DNA of 64,000 nt from an uncultured Nitrososphaeraceae archaeon (GTDB lineage: Archaea > Thermoproteota > Nitrososphaeria > Nitrososphaerales > Nitrososphaeraceae): contig CAVXZB010000088.1 in assembly GCA_963765895.1 (NCBI GenBank), forward strand, positions 32,001-96,000, read 5' to 3'. The notes beneath the pieces were generated by a model. The model made no database searches. It was given only the letters and a program-made list of their open reading frames with translations, and was not told the origin of the DNA. Numbering within the stretch: position 1 is the first letter of the stretch; every line of letters starts with the position of its first letter. The position numbers and the translations under genes were made by a program. Shown here in pieces: positions 33,704 to 45,224 of this stretch.

Positions 33704-33908
33704 CGCCTAATACGCAATTCTTTAAATAATATTTAAGGTTAAGTTGAAAAACGTTAGTAAAATAGAGGGGTAATGATATTCAAGACACATTCAATATAAT
33801 ATTATCTATTACAATATTAAATATATTCATACTGATTATTTTTATGCAGTATTAGTCCATATGTACATTAGTTAATTATGATACAGCAATTAGATCCGTA
33901 TTTCATAT

Positions 33909-34166
33909 ATGATAATATGTGCACGCTCTTTCGGTGTATATATTATTTTATTAGAGCAAAACAAAATCACACTACTTACAATCGGTCTTTTACTAATCAC
34001 ATCCCTTATAGTGGCTTCCAGCTTTAGCTATCCGGCATTTGCATTGACGAGATATTTTAATTGCGTTATAAGAGAAGTAAATAAAAATGGAAAATTTTCC
34101 ATTGCTGACGCTAATATTTGTTATGACAAAGAATTCCCTCACAGCGGGAGTAATAGCAATCGATAA
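33909..34166 (+). CDS. Small exported protein with two-Cys motif
   Basis: Signal peptide ending PAFA; YFNCV...DANICYDKEF; true start uncertain. Confidence 0.65.
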   Translation: MIICARSFGVYIILLEQNKITLLTIGLLLITSLIVASSFSYPAFALTRYFNCVIREVNKNGKFSIADANICYDKEFPHSGSNSNR

Positions 34167-34634
34167 GAGATAATACCTAGAAAGTTACTCGTTATATTCG
34201 CCACCGCAGTTCCCTTCTCATGTTTGTAATATTTTATCCCCTTGAACGTTTTAGACCAGTTATTCCATACAATCATCAACCATGTAGACATAAATTCTTG
34301 ATTTGAATCTACTATATTGATTCTGGTAATTTAAGGTGTAATTCAAAGCATTGATAACAAAAGTAAATGACGGGCAATCTAGCTCAATTTATTTCAACTT
34401 GAATATCAACGTTCAAGATATATCATCAGCATCCTGACAAAAACTAGTGACTGCTGAGTTTCCAACGATCGAGGATATTCTTACCTGCCTATCAAGTAGC
34501 TTATAGTATGTATACTATTACATAGGGGCAATTGTTAACAAGATTATAGATGACTACCTAAAAATGTGGGTTTAGATTAGAATGGGATAATAAGTGGATC
34601 ATCACAATCAAACTACGAGAAGGGGCAATCCATA

Positions 34635-35480
34635 ATGATAAATGCAAACCAGATCTATGAGGAAGATTGTCTCACTTTCATGGAGAAGCTGAGCAATCAG
34701 AACACGTTTGTAGACGTTATTGTCACTTCTCCTCCGTATAATATAAACAAAGAATATAGAACATATGACGATAATAAGAAAAAAGATGATTACTTCGCTT
34801 GGTTAGAAGAAGTGGGGAAAAAAATTAAATCTGTACTTAAAAACGATGGATCTTTTTTTTTGAATATATCTGGCCGACCCTCTGACCCAGCGTTACCTTT
34901 TGACTTGGCCGTAAGGCTCACCAAAAATGTAGACTTTAATTTACAAAACACGATTCACTGGATAAAATCAGTGTCGGTCGATCCGGAAGATATTGGTAGG
35001 AATAATGGATTTCATAATAGCGACAATATATCCATTGGTCATTTTAAGCCAATTGTTAGCGACAGGTACCTAAGTGATCTTCATGAATACATCTTTCACT
35101 TTACTAAGAATGGGAATGTAAAATTAGAAAAATTAAAGATTGGCGTAACCTACCAAGATAAAACAAATATAGGTAGATGGAAGACTGCGACTAGAGATAG
35201 ACGAGACAGAGGCAACGTATGGTTCATACCTTATCCAACAGTTCAGGAAGCTAGACCACATCCGGCAGTCTTTCCAGTTAAGCTACCTGAACGCTGCATA
35301 CAATTACACGGAATTAAGAAGAATATGCTTGTTTACGATCCCTTCATAGGAATAGGTAGTACGGCTCTGGCTTGCATTCATCTTAAGGTTAACTATATTG
35401 GTACTGAAATAGACTCACAGTATATCGGAATAGCAAAACAACGAATTTCTGGCTATCTGCAAACGAATTTTTCAAAATGA
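34635..35480 (+). CDS. Orphan site-specific DNA methyltransferase (N4-C/N6-A, beta class)
   Basis: TSPPY catalytic motif before DPFIGIGST SAM-binding motif; HPAVFP; no adjacent endonuclease. Confidence 0.92.
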   Translation: MINANQIYEEDCLTFMEKLSNQNTFVDVIVTSPPYNINKEYRTYDDNKKKDDYFAWLEEVGKKIKSVLKNDGSFFLNISGRPSDPALPFDLAVRLTKNVDFNLQNTIHWIKSVSVDPEDIGRNNGFHNSDNISIGHFKPIVSDRYLSDLHEYIFHFTKNGNVKLEKLKIGVTYQDKTNIGRWKTATRDRRDRGNVWFIPYPTVQEARPHPAVFPVKLPERCIQLHGIKKNMLVYDPFIGIGSTALACIHLKVNYIGTEIDSQYIGIAKQRISGYLQTNFSK

Positions 35481-36510
35481 CGCTGAATTAACATAAAGAA
35501 TACAAGATTGCTGCAAAGGGTATTAAAATTGCAGCAAATGTAAAATCAATCAACAATATAATAAAGAGTCAATTCTAAGTCGTTTCTAAAACTCAAAAGT
35601 ATTATATTACAAAATGTATGGTCACAAATTTTGCTCAAAATTTTTAATGCTGGATCTTCATACAAATCAGGGATCCGAGATCAAAAGAGCTAAGGACCAA
35701 ATGCATATCTGATTAGTGGACTTGCAAGGACTGGCAATGACGCCAAGACATCTAAACTAATATGCTATGTATTAGCAGTTAGTAGCTATTCTTAAAGCTA
35801 TTCAATCTCACTCTTGCACAACCAAAAAAAGAATTACATATCATCTCATTTGTACTTCAGATTTGTACTATTTATGAGTGGTAAAGACCTGTTCTAAATT
35901 ATAAAATGACACGAGGAGAGTAATTAGCGCTAGATTACTTAGCCTTATATTCAGTGATGTGAAATAGGGATTTTAATATATGACTATTGTCGATAATCTT
36001 TGTATGGACGTTCATGGTCACCATAGCGTTATTCATGCCGCTAGGCTCATATATGAATTGCAATACTGATTGATCTAATATGTGTAAATTATTATTATTG
36101 TTAATGAATGTCAATGTTGTATGTCCAGCCTTTCTCGATCTTTAGGTTTCGACTTAGCAATAGAGCAGATTGTTACCTATGCGAAAAACATTACTCAGTG
36201 CTGTTACGTTTTAGTGATGAATCATATCTACAGTTAATTGTGAAATAATTATGATTGAAAATATGTTACCTTTCCGCATGCTGAATTTTGTGTTATTGAT
36301 CCAAAAGCGGTTTTGCCTGTAGACTGAGAACCAACTTATTGGCCACTATGGTATTAACAGACTAGGCTTGATTCATCCCTCTTCTAAATTGTTGTGGGAA
36401 AATATTCAGTGGTCATATGCATAAGATGAGTCAACTGTGCAAAAATTGCGCATTGTAGTTTTAGTCTCATAGCATATTATATATTATATTAAAAGAACAA
36501 TTAGTCAAAG

Positions 36511-37038
36511 ATGAAGTGGTTAATTCTACTTTTACTAGTGTTAATAGCAATCCTAATTGTCTCTCTGGAGCAACCTAATTTCGGCAATGTTTATTCACAG
36601 AAAACAAACAAGACAATTTCAAGTAATGGCCTGCTTGACCTTTTTGGCAACGGCTTGAACAGTCTGAATAATGAGTTAGGGTATTCCATCACTCTAGATG
36701 GCAATCAAATATTTCCTAATAGTACTCTTAAAGATAAAATAATAAATGGACATCAACAGTCTACTTATAATATTTCTAGCTTGAAATACAATCTTCTCGG
36801 CTATCAAATTGCAGCACATGATATAAAAATTCGAGTTAATCCTTCAGCAATTGATTCAACAAGGACAAGAGTTGACATACCGTTAATGTTGGCAAAAAAC
36901 GTGACCGTGACTGATGGCATCAACCAAAATTATGATAAAGTTGACTTGGGATCAATATGGGGTATATATGATAAGTCAAATAACAAAATGGTAGTCCATA
37001 TTCCTGTTGGATTAGCGCTAAAATATTTGCATTTATAG
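36511..37038 (+). CDS. Exported hypothetical protein
   Basis: Strong N-terminal signal/TM helix, 175 aa. Confidence 0.75.
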   Translation: MKWLILLLLVLIAILIVSLEQPNFGNVYSQKTNKTISSNGLLDLFGNGLNSLNNELGYSITLDGNQIFPNSTLKDKIINGHQQSTYNISSLKYNLLGYQIAAHDIKIRVNPSAIDSTRTRVDIPLMLAKNVTVTDGINQNYDKVDLGSIWGIYDKSNNKMVVHIPVGLALKYLHL

Positions 37039-37136
37039 TAACATTGAAATAAAAAGCGCAGTCATAATCAAATTTTTTGTAGCAGGGAAATAAAAATATG
37101 TCCTAGTATAGATATCGAAGAGGCAAGAAATATAGT

Positions 37137-37367
37137 ATGCATGATAAAATCCTAATGAGGAAATCATACTATAATAAGGGCAATCTGATTGATACTCTTG
37201 AATTGGTTGGACAGAGACAAGCCATTGGGATACTAGGGATGGTCTTTGCAGTATTAGGGGGCGTCGCATGGTTTCTTCGACAAAATATAGTAGCTATAAT
37301 GTTATGGGGAGTAGCTGGTTTAATATTACTCAAATTAAATAAGCGAGCTAAGCCGAGGAGGGGGTAA
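37137..37367 (+). CDS. Small two-TM membrane protein
   Basis: Two hydrophobic helices and a basic C-terminus. Confidence 0.6.
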   Translation: MHDKILMRKSYYNKGNLIDTLELVGQRQAIGILGMVFAVLGGVAWFLRQNIVAIMLWGVAGLILLKLNKRAKPRRG

Positions 37368-37767
37368 TAATATTAAGTAAATTGCTACATTGGAAGTATC
37401 CAGTAAACCAAGCTAGTCCAATTACTCTAATTATGATTCACGTTTTTAGTACCATGGTTCTATCAGACTTGCTCTCATTCGAATTACTAGAATTTGGGAA
37501 AACGACATTAACAATTTCTTATTTACCTTGAAAAGGCATAAAATGCCATTTCAAATTCTTCACAAGAAATAGTATGAGATAAATTGGCGTTTAAAATATT
37601 TTAGCCATTCTGTGGACTATCTAATCCAACAGATTGCTGCGCATTCCTCCTTGTTTTTTGTATATTTGAACAGTATTCTGTATCTGACCGCATGATTAGG
37701 CCACATATACTCGAAGTCTCGTTATTAACTTTAGTATGTTAAATAATAGTCATGCAACACCGGAATA

Positions 37768-38115
37768 TTAAATGGTTTTGAGGATAGATTGTATAATTTT
37801 CACATGATCCGCCTGTATTTCTGTAGTAACTAAAAGCAAATGACCCTCCTTCAGTGGTATTGTTATGCGTTTGATCTTCTCGTACTCAGTCATTGAATAT
37901 TTACCATAACCTATTTTTGGAGATAGGGTATTCCGCAAGCCCCATCTAGCCAATGCTTGTAGATTTGATCTTTTCGTTTCATCTGCTGAGAGTAGATTCT
38001 GTATGCCATCAGCGTGACCCCCGTGTTTTATCTCTCCGGTATGATCGCAAATTCCAGCAAAACGGATCTGCGGATCAATTTCGAGTATACTTTTACATAG
38101 CGTGTCAAAATCCAT
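37768..38115 (-). CDS. Roadblock/profilin-like protein (DUF6659-type, expanded in Nitrososphaeria)
   Basis: LC..ILEIDPQIRFAGI....G, G..KYSMTEYEKIKRITIPL. Confidence 0.8.
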   Translation of the reverse strand: MDFDTLCKSILEIDPQIRFAGICDHTGEIKHGGHADGIQNLLSADETKRSNLQALARWGLRNTLSPKIGYGKYSMTEYEKIKRITIPLKEGHLLLVTTEIQADHVKIIQSILKTI

Positions 38116-38335
38116 ATTTCTATTGTGTAACTATAATTAGGATTCTAATAAGTATTCTTACTTTCGAATACAACACATAAACCCTGTGGAAAATCGATAA
38201 TCCATAGATCGTATTCGGTACTTAAACCAGGTACACTACACGATATTAGACATAAGGCAGTAAATGAGTCAATCATATTCCTAGAAGTACAAATAAATAT
38301 CATTTTAGCCCCACATAGACTACGCTTCTGTTATA

Positions 38336-39273
38336 GGCTTAGAATATCATCATATTATCAGATTAGTCAGCCTATACATATTCCACGTTACTTCCAAATG
38401 ATAATTCCCTGTTCTGTATTTTAGTTAATCTAGACATAATATGCACTCTAAATAGTCTTTTTATGATAGACATTATGATTACATCGTTGTTTCATTGATT
38501 ATACAGCACTTTGGAATAACCACGTTTCATCTGCTTTCTATACATAGCATGTGTTCTCCATATTGGTACATATTCGTATCGAGCAGGGATTATAATGAAT
38601 GCATGCAAGTGCTCCCTTGCTAAAAGAGATTATCTTCACTATCATATCCCTCAGCAGCTGTACCTTCGGACGGTGGAAGGATATTTTGATGTACTTATTA
38701 TAATTGGTTTGAAATCTATGTTGTCATGTCTTGTAGGAGCTCATCTTGTCATTTGTACGTATAATTTGTTGTAATACGTCTCTGCTCCAATTGATAATTT
38801 AGCAAATTTTATTCTCAATTCTGTGCGTCGGGTATATACTGTAAAACATGATATCTTAATTCCCGTCGAATCTATAACTGCAAAGATTTTGCTTGGTGTC
38901 GCTAATCACAATGAAACACAAAATTATCTTTATCGAGCAGTGAATAGTTAATTCTATCTATAAATTTGTGCAATGTTGTAAGATGAGGAATATGTGATAA
39001 TCGCTAAAAACAATCTAAGGTAATGGGCTTCAATTAACTACTCAATAAACATCCTATAACTCTACCTTAGCACTGTCTATTCTGAGAAATATTAAATGCT
39101 GCCATGTTGAAGACATGAATGCTCTTTCGATGAGGGAATAACCGTATCCTTGAATTTCTCAAAACACGGCACACGGTATTTGCCAACCTAACATATCTTG
39201 ATTCTTTTAAAATTAATATTGCATTACGCTCATATAAAGCTCTGGCTGTTTTGGTACTTGTTTCTATGGATCC
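38336..39273 (-). mobile_element. Degraded IS5-family element, paralog of 56520-57463
   Basis: LKESRYVRLAN..RVLRNSRI, APTRHDNIDFKP, YRKQMKRGYSKVLYNQ; colinear with 56520-57463 in inverted orientation; degenerate TIRs. Confidence 0.85.
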
Positions 39274-39322
39274 CTGCAATGAAATAGTTTAAAATCAAGG
39301 CCAACATAGCAGCAATGTAGAA

Positions 39323-39769
39323 TTGGCTGAAGATTCAAATACTTTAACCGACTGGATTGAAATTCCAACAACATTTACAACAAAATGCTCTGAATGTGAT
39401 TATGATATAACGCCCGGTTTGGCACTTTGGTCAAAATCTGCCAAATTGACCAAGCATTTAACCTGTAAGAAAAAGCAGTATTTGTTGAATGAGCGGTATT
39501 CAGAGCATAAAATCTCAACTGCGGACGTTGTAGGGTCATCAAGCCGAGGCTGGATACCAAAAACAGAGACAATTGAATTAAAGTGTTTTATATGTGGGCA
39601 TTTAGCTGGGTGTCAAAGATGCAGATTCACAAATTCCTGTGATAGGGAGATCGTGTCCCAATTATGCGTATGCGAGGTATGTATGGGTCAAATGCTTGAG
39701 AATGATTCAACGTCATTGAATCTATATCAGAAGGCATTCATTAAGAAAGCGAAGATTACCACAGATTAG
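39323..39769 (+). CDS. Cys-rich zinc-binding hypothetical protein
   Basis: CSEC...HLTC and CFIC..CQRC..C..CVCEVC. Confidence 0.75.
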   Translation: MAEDSNTLTDWIEIPTTFTTKCSECDYDITPGLALWSKSAKLTKHLTCKKKQYLLNERYSEHKISTADVVGSSSRGWIPKTETIELKCFICGHLAGCQRCRFTNSCDREIVSQLCVCEVCMGQMLENDSTSLNLYQKAFIKKAKITTD

Positions 39770-40210
39770 GCTTATTGTGTGGTTTCCAAAGAGGAGGACT
39801 TCCGTTTGAATGCTTATTCAAAGTTCTAAAGCGGACAACGAAATTATGTAGATAGAAGATACAGAATTAATAAAAGGCCAAAAATTAATCTGTCAATATT
39901 ATTCTAGAATCTGCGAAGATAGAAGACAGACAGAAACAGATTCGTTACCTATACATAAGAAAGCGATAGTGAATGATATGTTTATCGCTAATGAAGTTCT
40001 TCGGCGTATGGTATGCGGACTGATTGACTCTGCTTTTAGGAAGAAAAGTAAGGTCAATTCCGCATTAGATAAGTTAGAGTATAGATCAGGCATTAACTAT
40101 GGATCACAATTTGTATCATTCAATATTCGATCAGACCACAATACTCTTTTGTGGCTTGGGCATAAAACAAACATAGTTGTTAAATAGCACTTAGAAAGTG
40201 TAGTAGACTA

Positions 40211-40618
40211 TTGAGAAAAAGCGAAAGTGCAAAGCTTTCAGAGCCTAAGAACTAACAAACTAGTGGGGAAAAATGCGAAATCTTGAATATTTGGGAGGTA
40301 TTGGGCAGAAGGTGGGCATTAGCAATACTAAAGAATCTTAGGCAGCAAAGAGGTAATACGTTTTAATGAGCTCAAAAAAATATGTTGTCTGGAATTAGCA
40401 GGACCGTCTTGGCAGCGAGACTGTTAGAGTTAGAGCGTGAAGGATTAGTTTCAAAAAAAATTTATCCGCAGATTCCCCTGAAGGTAGAATATCGTCTGAC
40501 ACTGCAAGCAAAGCAATTGGAAGTAATTTTACGAGACTTAAGCAGGTGGGCACGTAGTTGGAGAGCACCGGAAATCACAGCCACAAAAACGAAGGAATAT
40601 ACATATAAAATAAAATAA
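40211..40618 (+). pseudogene. HxlR-family winged-helix regulator, disrupted (in-frame stop and frameshifts in the 5' half)
   Basis: CEILNIWEVLGRRWALAILKNL / KEVIRFNELKK / LSGISRTVLAARLLELEREGLV.KKIYPQIPLKVEYRLT. Confidence 0.8.
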
Positions 40619-40895
40619 GATACAAAGGCTTCGCATACAATATTTCAGAGAGAATTCTCCATCTAACTCATTAGTTCAAAATAGATATGATTAAATGTTC
40701 TTGGTCATAGATGGTCTTATCCAAATAAAAATAATCTAGTGTAAAAAATGTATTTCAATCTAGTCTATATTAAGTAGATTAGAGAGAAATGATATCCGAA
40801 TTTATTCCATCTGTAAATTATACCGCAGTACTCACTTTACTTCTTAGCCCCGTTTTACATGCAAGGTGTACCATTTATGAATACAGATAACTGGC

Positions 40896-41249
40896 TTAAA
40901 TCCTCCTTTTGGGACCGGCAGTATCTGGCTCAATCACGTCAAGCTCATTAAGTACTTTGACCACGCCTGGCGTATTCCATACAGTTTGTCCTGCTAAAGC
41001 TCTGTCTTCATATGTTTTGACTTTACCTGAAAGTGTCACTGTCGCATCAAAAACTGAGACACTGACATTAACTTCTGGATGGCTACCTAGATTTTTCTCA
41101 ATGTTGAAAATGATATCCTCTTTTAACTGTTCATCATTCTTGCGACCTGGCAGCTCACCATTGGTATAAGGATGGCTTCCAAAAACGTATCCTGCATAAT
41201 AATCTTTGGCCGGCTCTTTTCTAGGCTCTTCTTCCTCCTTTTCCCGCAT
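40896..41249 (-). CDS. BON-domain protein
   Basis: DEQLKEDI...VSVFDATVTLSGKV...PGVVKVLNELDV. Confidence 0.85.
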   Translation of the reverse strand: MREKEEEEPRKEPAKDYYAGYVFGSHPYTNGELPGRKNDEQLKEDIIFNIEKNLGSHPEVNVSVSVFDATVTLSGKVKTYEDRALAGQTVWNTPGVVKVLNELDVIEPDTAGPKRRI

Positions 41250-41641
41250 GCTGAATGATTCGCCAAAGATATTTATATATGCTTACAACAATCGTTGAGT
41301 TATTTAGATTATATGACTCTTGAGTTATTCAAATAATGGTCATTCTTCTTTGAGGTCGGCTTTTTTTATCGCAACAAATTCCCTCCTTAACCTAAAAATG
41401 CATTCATGATGACTTCAGCTAACCATGACAGCTTGACTTCTAGACCACAGACTATACATACTACACCTCAAATAGTAATCAGTTGCAATACGCTTTTGAT
41501 GCGGCTGACTTAGTAATTTCTTACTGATAAAGTATCTTAGGATCGAGTTCAGCAGTCTCCCCAGATATGTCATGGAGGATAACAGGAATAACTTTGAATG
41601 GTATAAACAGAAACGATCCAACAGACAATAACTTGTATTTC

Positions 41642-42055
41642 TTAGGATACCCTCACTTCACTAATATATTTTTGGATTGTCACAGCAAGATTGCCTACGG
41701 AAACCGGCTTTTGGATGAATTCATCAATTTTTATAGATGGCAAGGCCCTTGAGAACTCAAGATCGTTTATTTCAAATGCAGTCATTAGAAAAATCTTTAC
41801 TTCAGGTTTCATTTCTTTTACCTTCTTAACAAATTCATAGCCATTCATAGTTGGCATTCTAATATCTGACACAATTATTGCATATCGTTCGCGATTTATC
41901 TTAAAATGTTCCAACGCCAATAGCGGATCCGTAAAGCCAAAAATATTTAGACCGTATTTTTCCAAGCCCATTCTAAATATATTAATAACATCAAAATCAT
42001 CATCAAGCGCCAAGATAAAAGGTCTAGAATCAGCTTCGAAATTCGGCCTTCTCAT
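41642..42055 (-). CDS. Stand-alone response regulator receiver
   Basis: LDDD, SDIRMP.MNG, LMTAF, IQKP. Confidence 0.92.
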   Translation of the reverse strand: MRRPNFEADSRPFILALDDDFDVINIFRMGLEKYGLNIFGFTDPLLALEHFKINRERYAIIVSDIRMPTMNGYEFVKKVKEMKPEVKIFLMTAFEINDLEFSRALPSIKIDEFIQKPVSVGNLAVTIQKYISEVRVS

Positions 42056-42772
42056 AATACTCTAATGAGGACATGCATATACTTAAATCATATGTTTGAC
42101 AACACGCAGGTAAGATTTTGATAACATTAAATCCTCCTTAGGAATGTTTGTGCTCAATAATAAGGCAGCGAATGAGTTTAATCAATTCCATATATAACTT
42201 TTCATATTCGATAGTATCGTGTATCTTTAACATTGAAATCATAGAGACTAAAACCCATATAACGCAGTCAGTAAAATGTCAGTTCACAAGTAATTTTATA
42301 ATGTGCCAAACATTAATTTAATGCGAATATTCAGACTATTTGCATACCAAAGGAAGTTTTGGATTATATGGGATCTGCATTATAAGAAACGTTTTCTCCA
42401 AGAAATAATGCACGATAATCCGTCCAATTATTCATAGGATATTGGAAATTAAACCAATCAGTAACGGTAAGTTTCATTTTAGTAGGTATTACAACCGCCT
42501 CCACAATACACGCTCAAAGTAATCTCGCAATCATTGACAACAAAAAATAGAGATACAAAATGCCTATAAAAAAAGGCAGACATTATAAAATGGAGATCAG
42601 AATGGAGCACTAATACATTTGTTGGTCGCAGAGCAGAAAATAGTTTTGATCTATCTAAAATTAGGAATCATAACGAGATCTTAGAGATGATATAATGATC
42701 CATCTTGTCTATTTATACATCCTTTCAAGATATTGTGTGTCGTTTATAAAGGAGTATCCGTAAAAGGATAAA

Positions 42773-42931
42773 ATGGAAGATAAAAATGAATATGAAATTA
42801 ATCTTCTTTTAGATAAAGATAGATACCATGCTCTCTTAGATATTTGTGTAAAATATGAAGAACAACAGGGTGTGGAACTAACTCCTAAGGAATACATACT
42901 GATGTTAATAGATTCGGCGATCAAAAAGTGA
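42773..42931 (+). CDS. 52-aa hypothetical protein (ribbon-helix-helix-like)
   Basis: Manual translation MEDKNEYEINLLLDKDRYHALLDICVKYEEQQGVELTPKEYILMLIDSAIKK*; TTTATAAA at 42743-42750. Confidence 0.6.
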   Translation: MEDKNEYEINLLLDKDRYHALLDICVKYEEQQGVELTPKEYILMLIDSAIKK

Positions 42932-43106
42932 AGATATATGTTCGACTGGCTTAATCAAAACTTACCTAATCAGAACTAATTGGAAATACTAGGATTTTTA
43001 TTCGGGACATCCCAATTTTGCGGTATCACTTGCTTTCGCATTTTATGACTAATTATGCCAAAGAATTAGGTCAGGCGGTAAGCATTAACTATTAGCAAGA
43101 AATCGA

Positions 43107-43667
43107 TTACACTGCGCATGCCTTATAGCCTGCATACTCGAGATAGGCATCTAATGTATATCTAAAACATGGCACAAAGAATCCTGGACTTGCACTGAAG
43201 AATTTGATCACTTTATCAATTGGCAGGAAATATATGTTCAATACTTCGGAGGAATTCATATTTAGCTGCGTCATGACCTCCTTCTCAGAAAGGAAACATT
43301 CATAGACTGTTACGAAAGCATTCTTTCGCCATTCCGTTTCAGGCTCGCACACATTAACATGAATTTTGCAAATCTCTTTCAAATAGGGTTGAGAATAAAC
43401 TCCGATTTCTTCGCCAAGTCTGCGACTGGCTGCTTGAAGATAACCTTCATCAGCCCTCACGTGTGCACTTACTGATTCAGAAAAAAGGCCTCCATGGGAC
43501 TTTCCAATTCCCCTTTTCTGAAGCAAAAGTCTATAGCCTCCCGAATCTACATCTATAACAAAGATCGATGCGAATCGATGTAATAGGCCTTTGCTGTATA
43601 TTTGGGAAGAGCTCGCCGAACTTACTGGTTTATCAGACTCGTCGACCACAGTCACAGAATATGTCAT
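43107..43667 (-). CDS. NUDIX hydrolase (YfcD/IDI-1-like)
   Basis: VVDESD, GLLHR, LLLQKR, HV..DE.YLQAASRRLGEEIGV; lacks the IDI-1 catalytic Cys. Confidence 0.8.
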   Translation of the reverse strand: MTYSVTVVDESDKPVSSASSSQIYSKGLLHRFASIFVIDVDSGGYRLLLQKRGIGKSHGGLFSESVSAHVRADEGYLQAASRRLGEEIGVYSQPYLKEICKIHVNVCEPETEWRKNAFVTVYECFLSEKEVMTQLNMNSSEVLNIYFLPIDKVIKFFSASPGFFVPCFRYTLDAYLEYAGYKACAV

Positions 43668-44709
43668 ATGTATATGTATAACTAAAGCAAAACGTATAAT
43701 GCAATTAAACTTTAAAGATATATTCTCTAGACGAATCACGTGAAAAATGTATACTTTTCTTTCTTTTATAACATAGAACCCTACTACTACATGCTAGCAA
43801 CCAATGTCCTTGCCAGAATAGCAAACCGACCGACAAACAGGGAAATAAAATGGAATGAACTTTGCTTTTAGTCATCCATTTATAAATCGATACTTGATCT
43901 AGATTAAAATTGGTCAAATATCTCAGTTGGTCTACCTGTCCACCAAAAGAAAATATGAGATCGCTTCAAAGAAATTGAAATTTAAATGGTAGTATACTCG
44001 TCAGTTGCCGTTTATCTCTCACTGTCCAACTTTCGTTATTTGAAGTTAGATATCTATTCAATCACCTCTTTACGAGTAATATCTTTTCAGAGGAGGCTAT
44101 CTTTAAGATAATTAATAAGACCGATTGAGAAGCTGGATTACCTTATCTGTCGATCATAATCAGATCCCGTTCGGGGTAGGCGCATCGTAGATCAGAGCCG
44201 ACAGTAACGAGAAGACATAGCGCGAATCATCGAGTGCATTTAAATCATGTCTTATTGGCATTAGTATGCTGCACTCGGAGGTTCAGTTATTTTGCTTGCG
44301 CATAATGCACAAAAATCGTGGTTAAATCAACTTGTCTAATAATTACCTAAGTAAATGTATACTAAGTCTCATATTCGTAGCGATCTATTTTGCAAAATCA
44401 CCGCGAAAAAACTTTTTTGACTATAGCCAAATTACAAGTATGAATTTAAAGTAATAATTTCCATAATTCAACTATTTATTATATGCCTATCATATTGCCC
44501 AGCTTTCGTCGACAGATAAAAGTGAATTTAATTCGGCTTTTACGTAATTTGAACATGTAATCAAGTGTTTATATGATTGATAATTCTTGATATGTATGCA
44601 TGAGTTAATTCCAGCTCGGATGATGTAATTTACTAAAAGTAGCAGAAATACTAACCCAGCATTAGTCGCTTGCCTTTAATACTGGGCCGATAGGCGAGAA
44701 TATCAGAAT

Positions 44710-45078
44710 CTAGATGCCTTCGTTATATGGAATTGGTGAGTCAACACATACGCATAAATATTTATCATTACTCTTAGGTAATTTTATTTTGGCTATCTTT
44801 ATATTATCAGTTATTTCTAAAGATTGGAATTGAAGTTTTGGGTTGTCGTTCGAATTAGAACAGAGGCTCCACTTTTTTATGGCCGGTGCCAAATAATTCA
44901 AGTAAAATAAATAACTTCTAGGATGACGTGCAATTAAATTACTTTGTTTATATGCAATATCCCTGTATTTCGCGACAATAAGCTTACCTTCTGCATCCGT
45001 TACAGCGGCGAAGTTCACAAATTTACTAGCTGATATCGCTGCCAGGCAAATTTTGGATAGGAATGTTCTTTCCTCCAT
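44710..45078 (-). CDS. Divergent roadblock/profilin-like protein
   Basis: IC..AI.ASKFVNFAAVTDAEGKLI resembles the N-terminus of 37768-38115. Confidence 0.6.
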   Translation of the reverse strand: MEERTFLSKICLAAISASKFVNFAAVTDAEGKLIVAKYRDIAYKQSNLIARHPRSYLFYLNYLAPAIKKWSLCSNSNDNPKLQFQSLEITDNIKIAKIKLPKSNDKYLCVCVDSPIPYNEGI

Positions 45079-45224
45079 CTAATTCTGAAAATACAATATC
45101 GATATAATAATCAGTTCGAAGGAGTTTTACTATACCTTTTCCAATTAGAATTCTATTGTATTATCGATAGAAGCTCTTTAACATATCTACTTACTATCAA
45201 TTGATGCAGACGACTGGTGAAAAG

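Noticed and set aside
34635-36500. Complete restriction-modification system
   Set aside because: No endonuclease-sized ORF lies on either side of the methyltransferase.
41406-41460. C/D-box sRNA (ATGATGA start); similar case at ~56365-56414 on minus
   Set aside because: No terminal CTGA D box at the right spacing.
43107-43667. Type 1 isopentenyl-diphosphate isomerase
   Set aside because: The catalytic Cys motif is replaced by SESVSAH; called a generic NUDIX.
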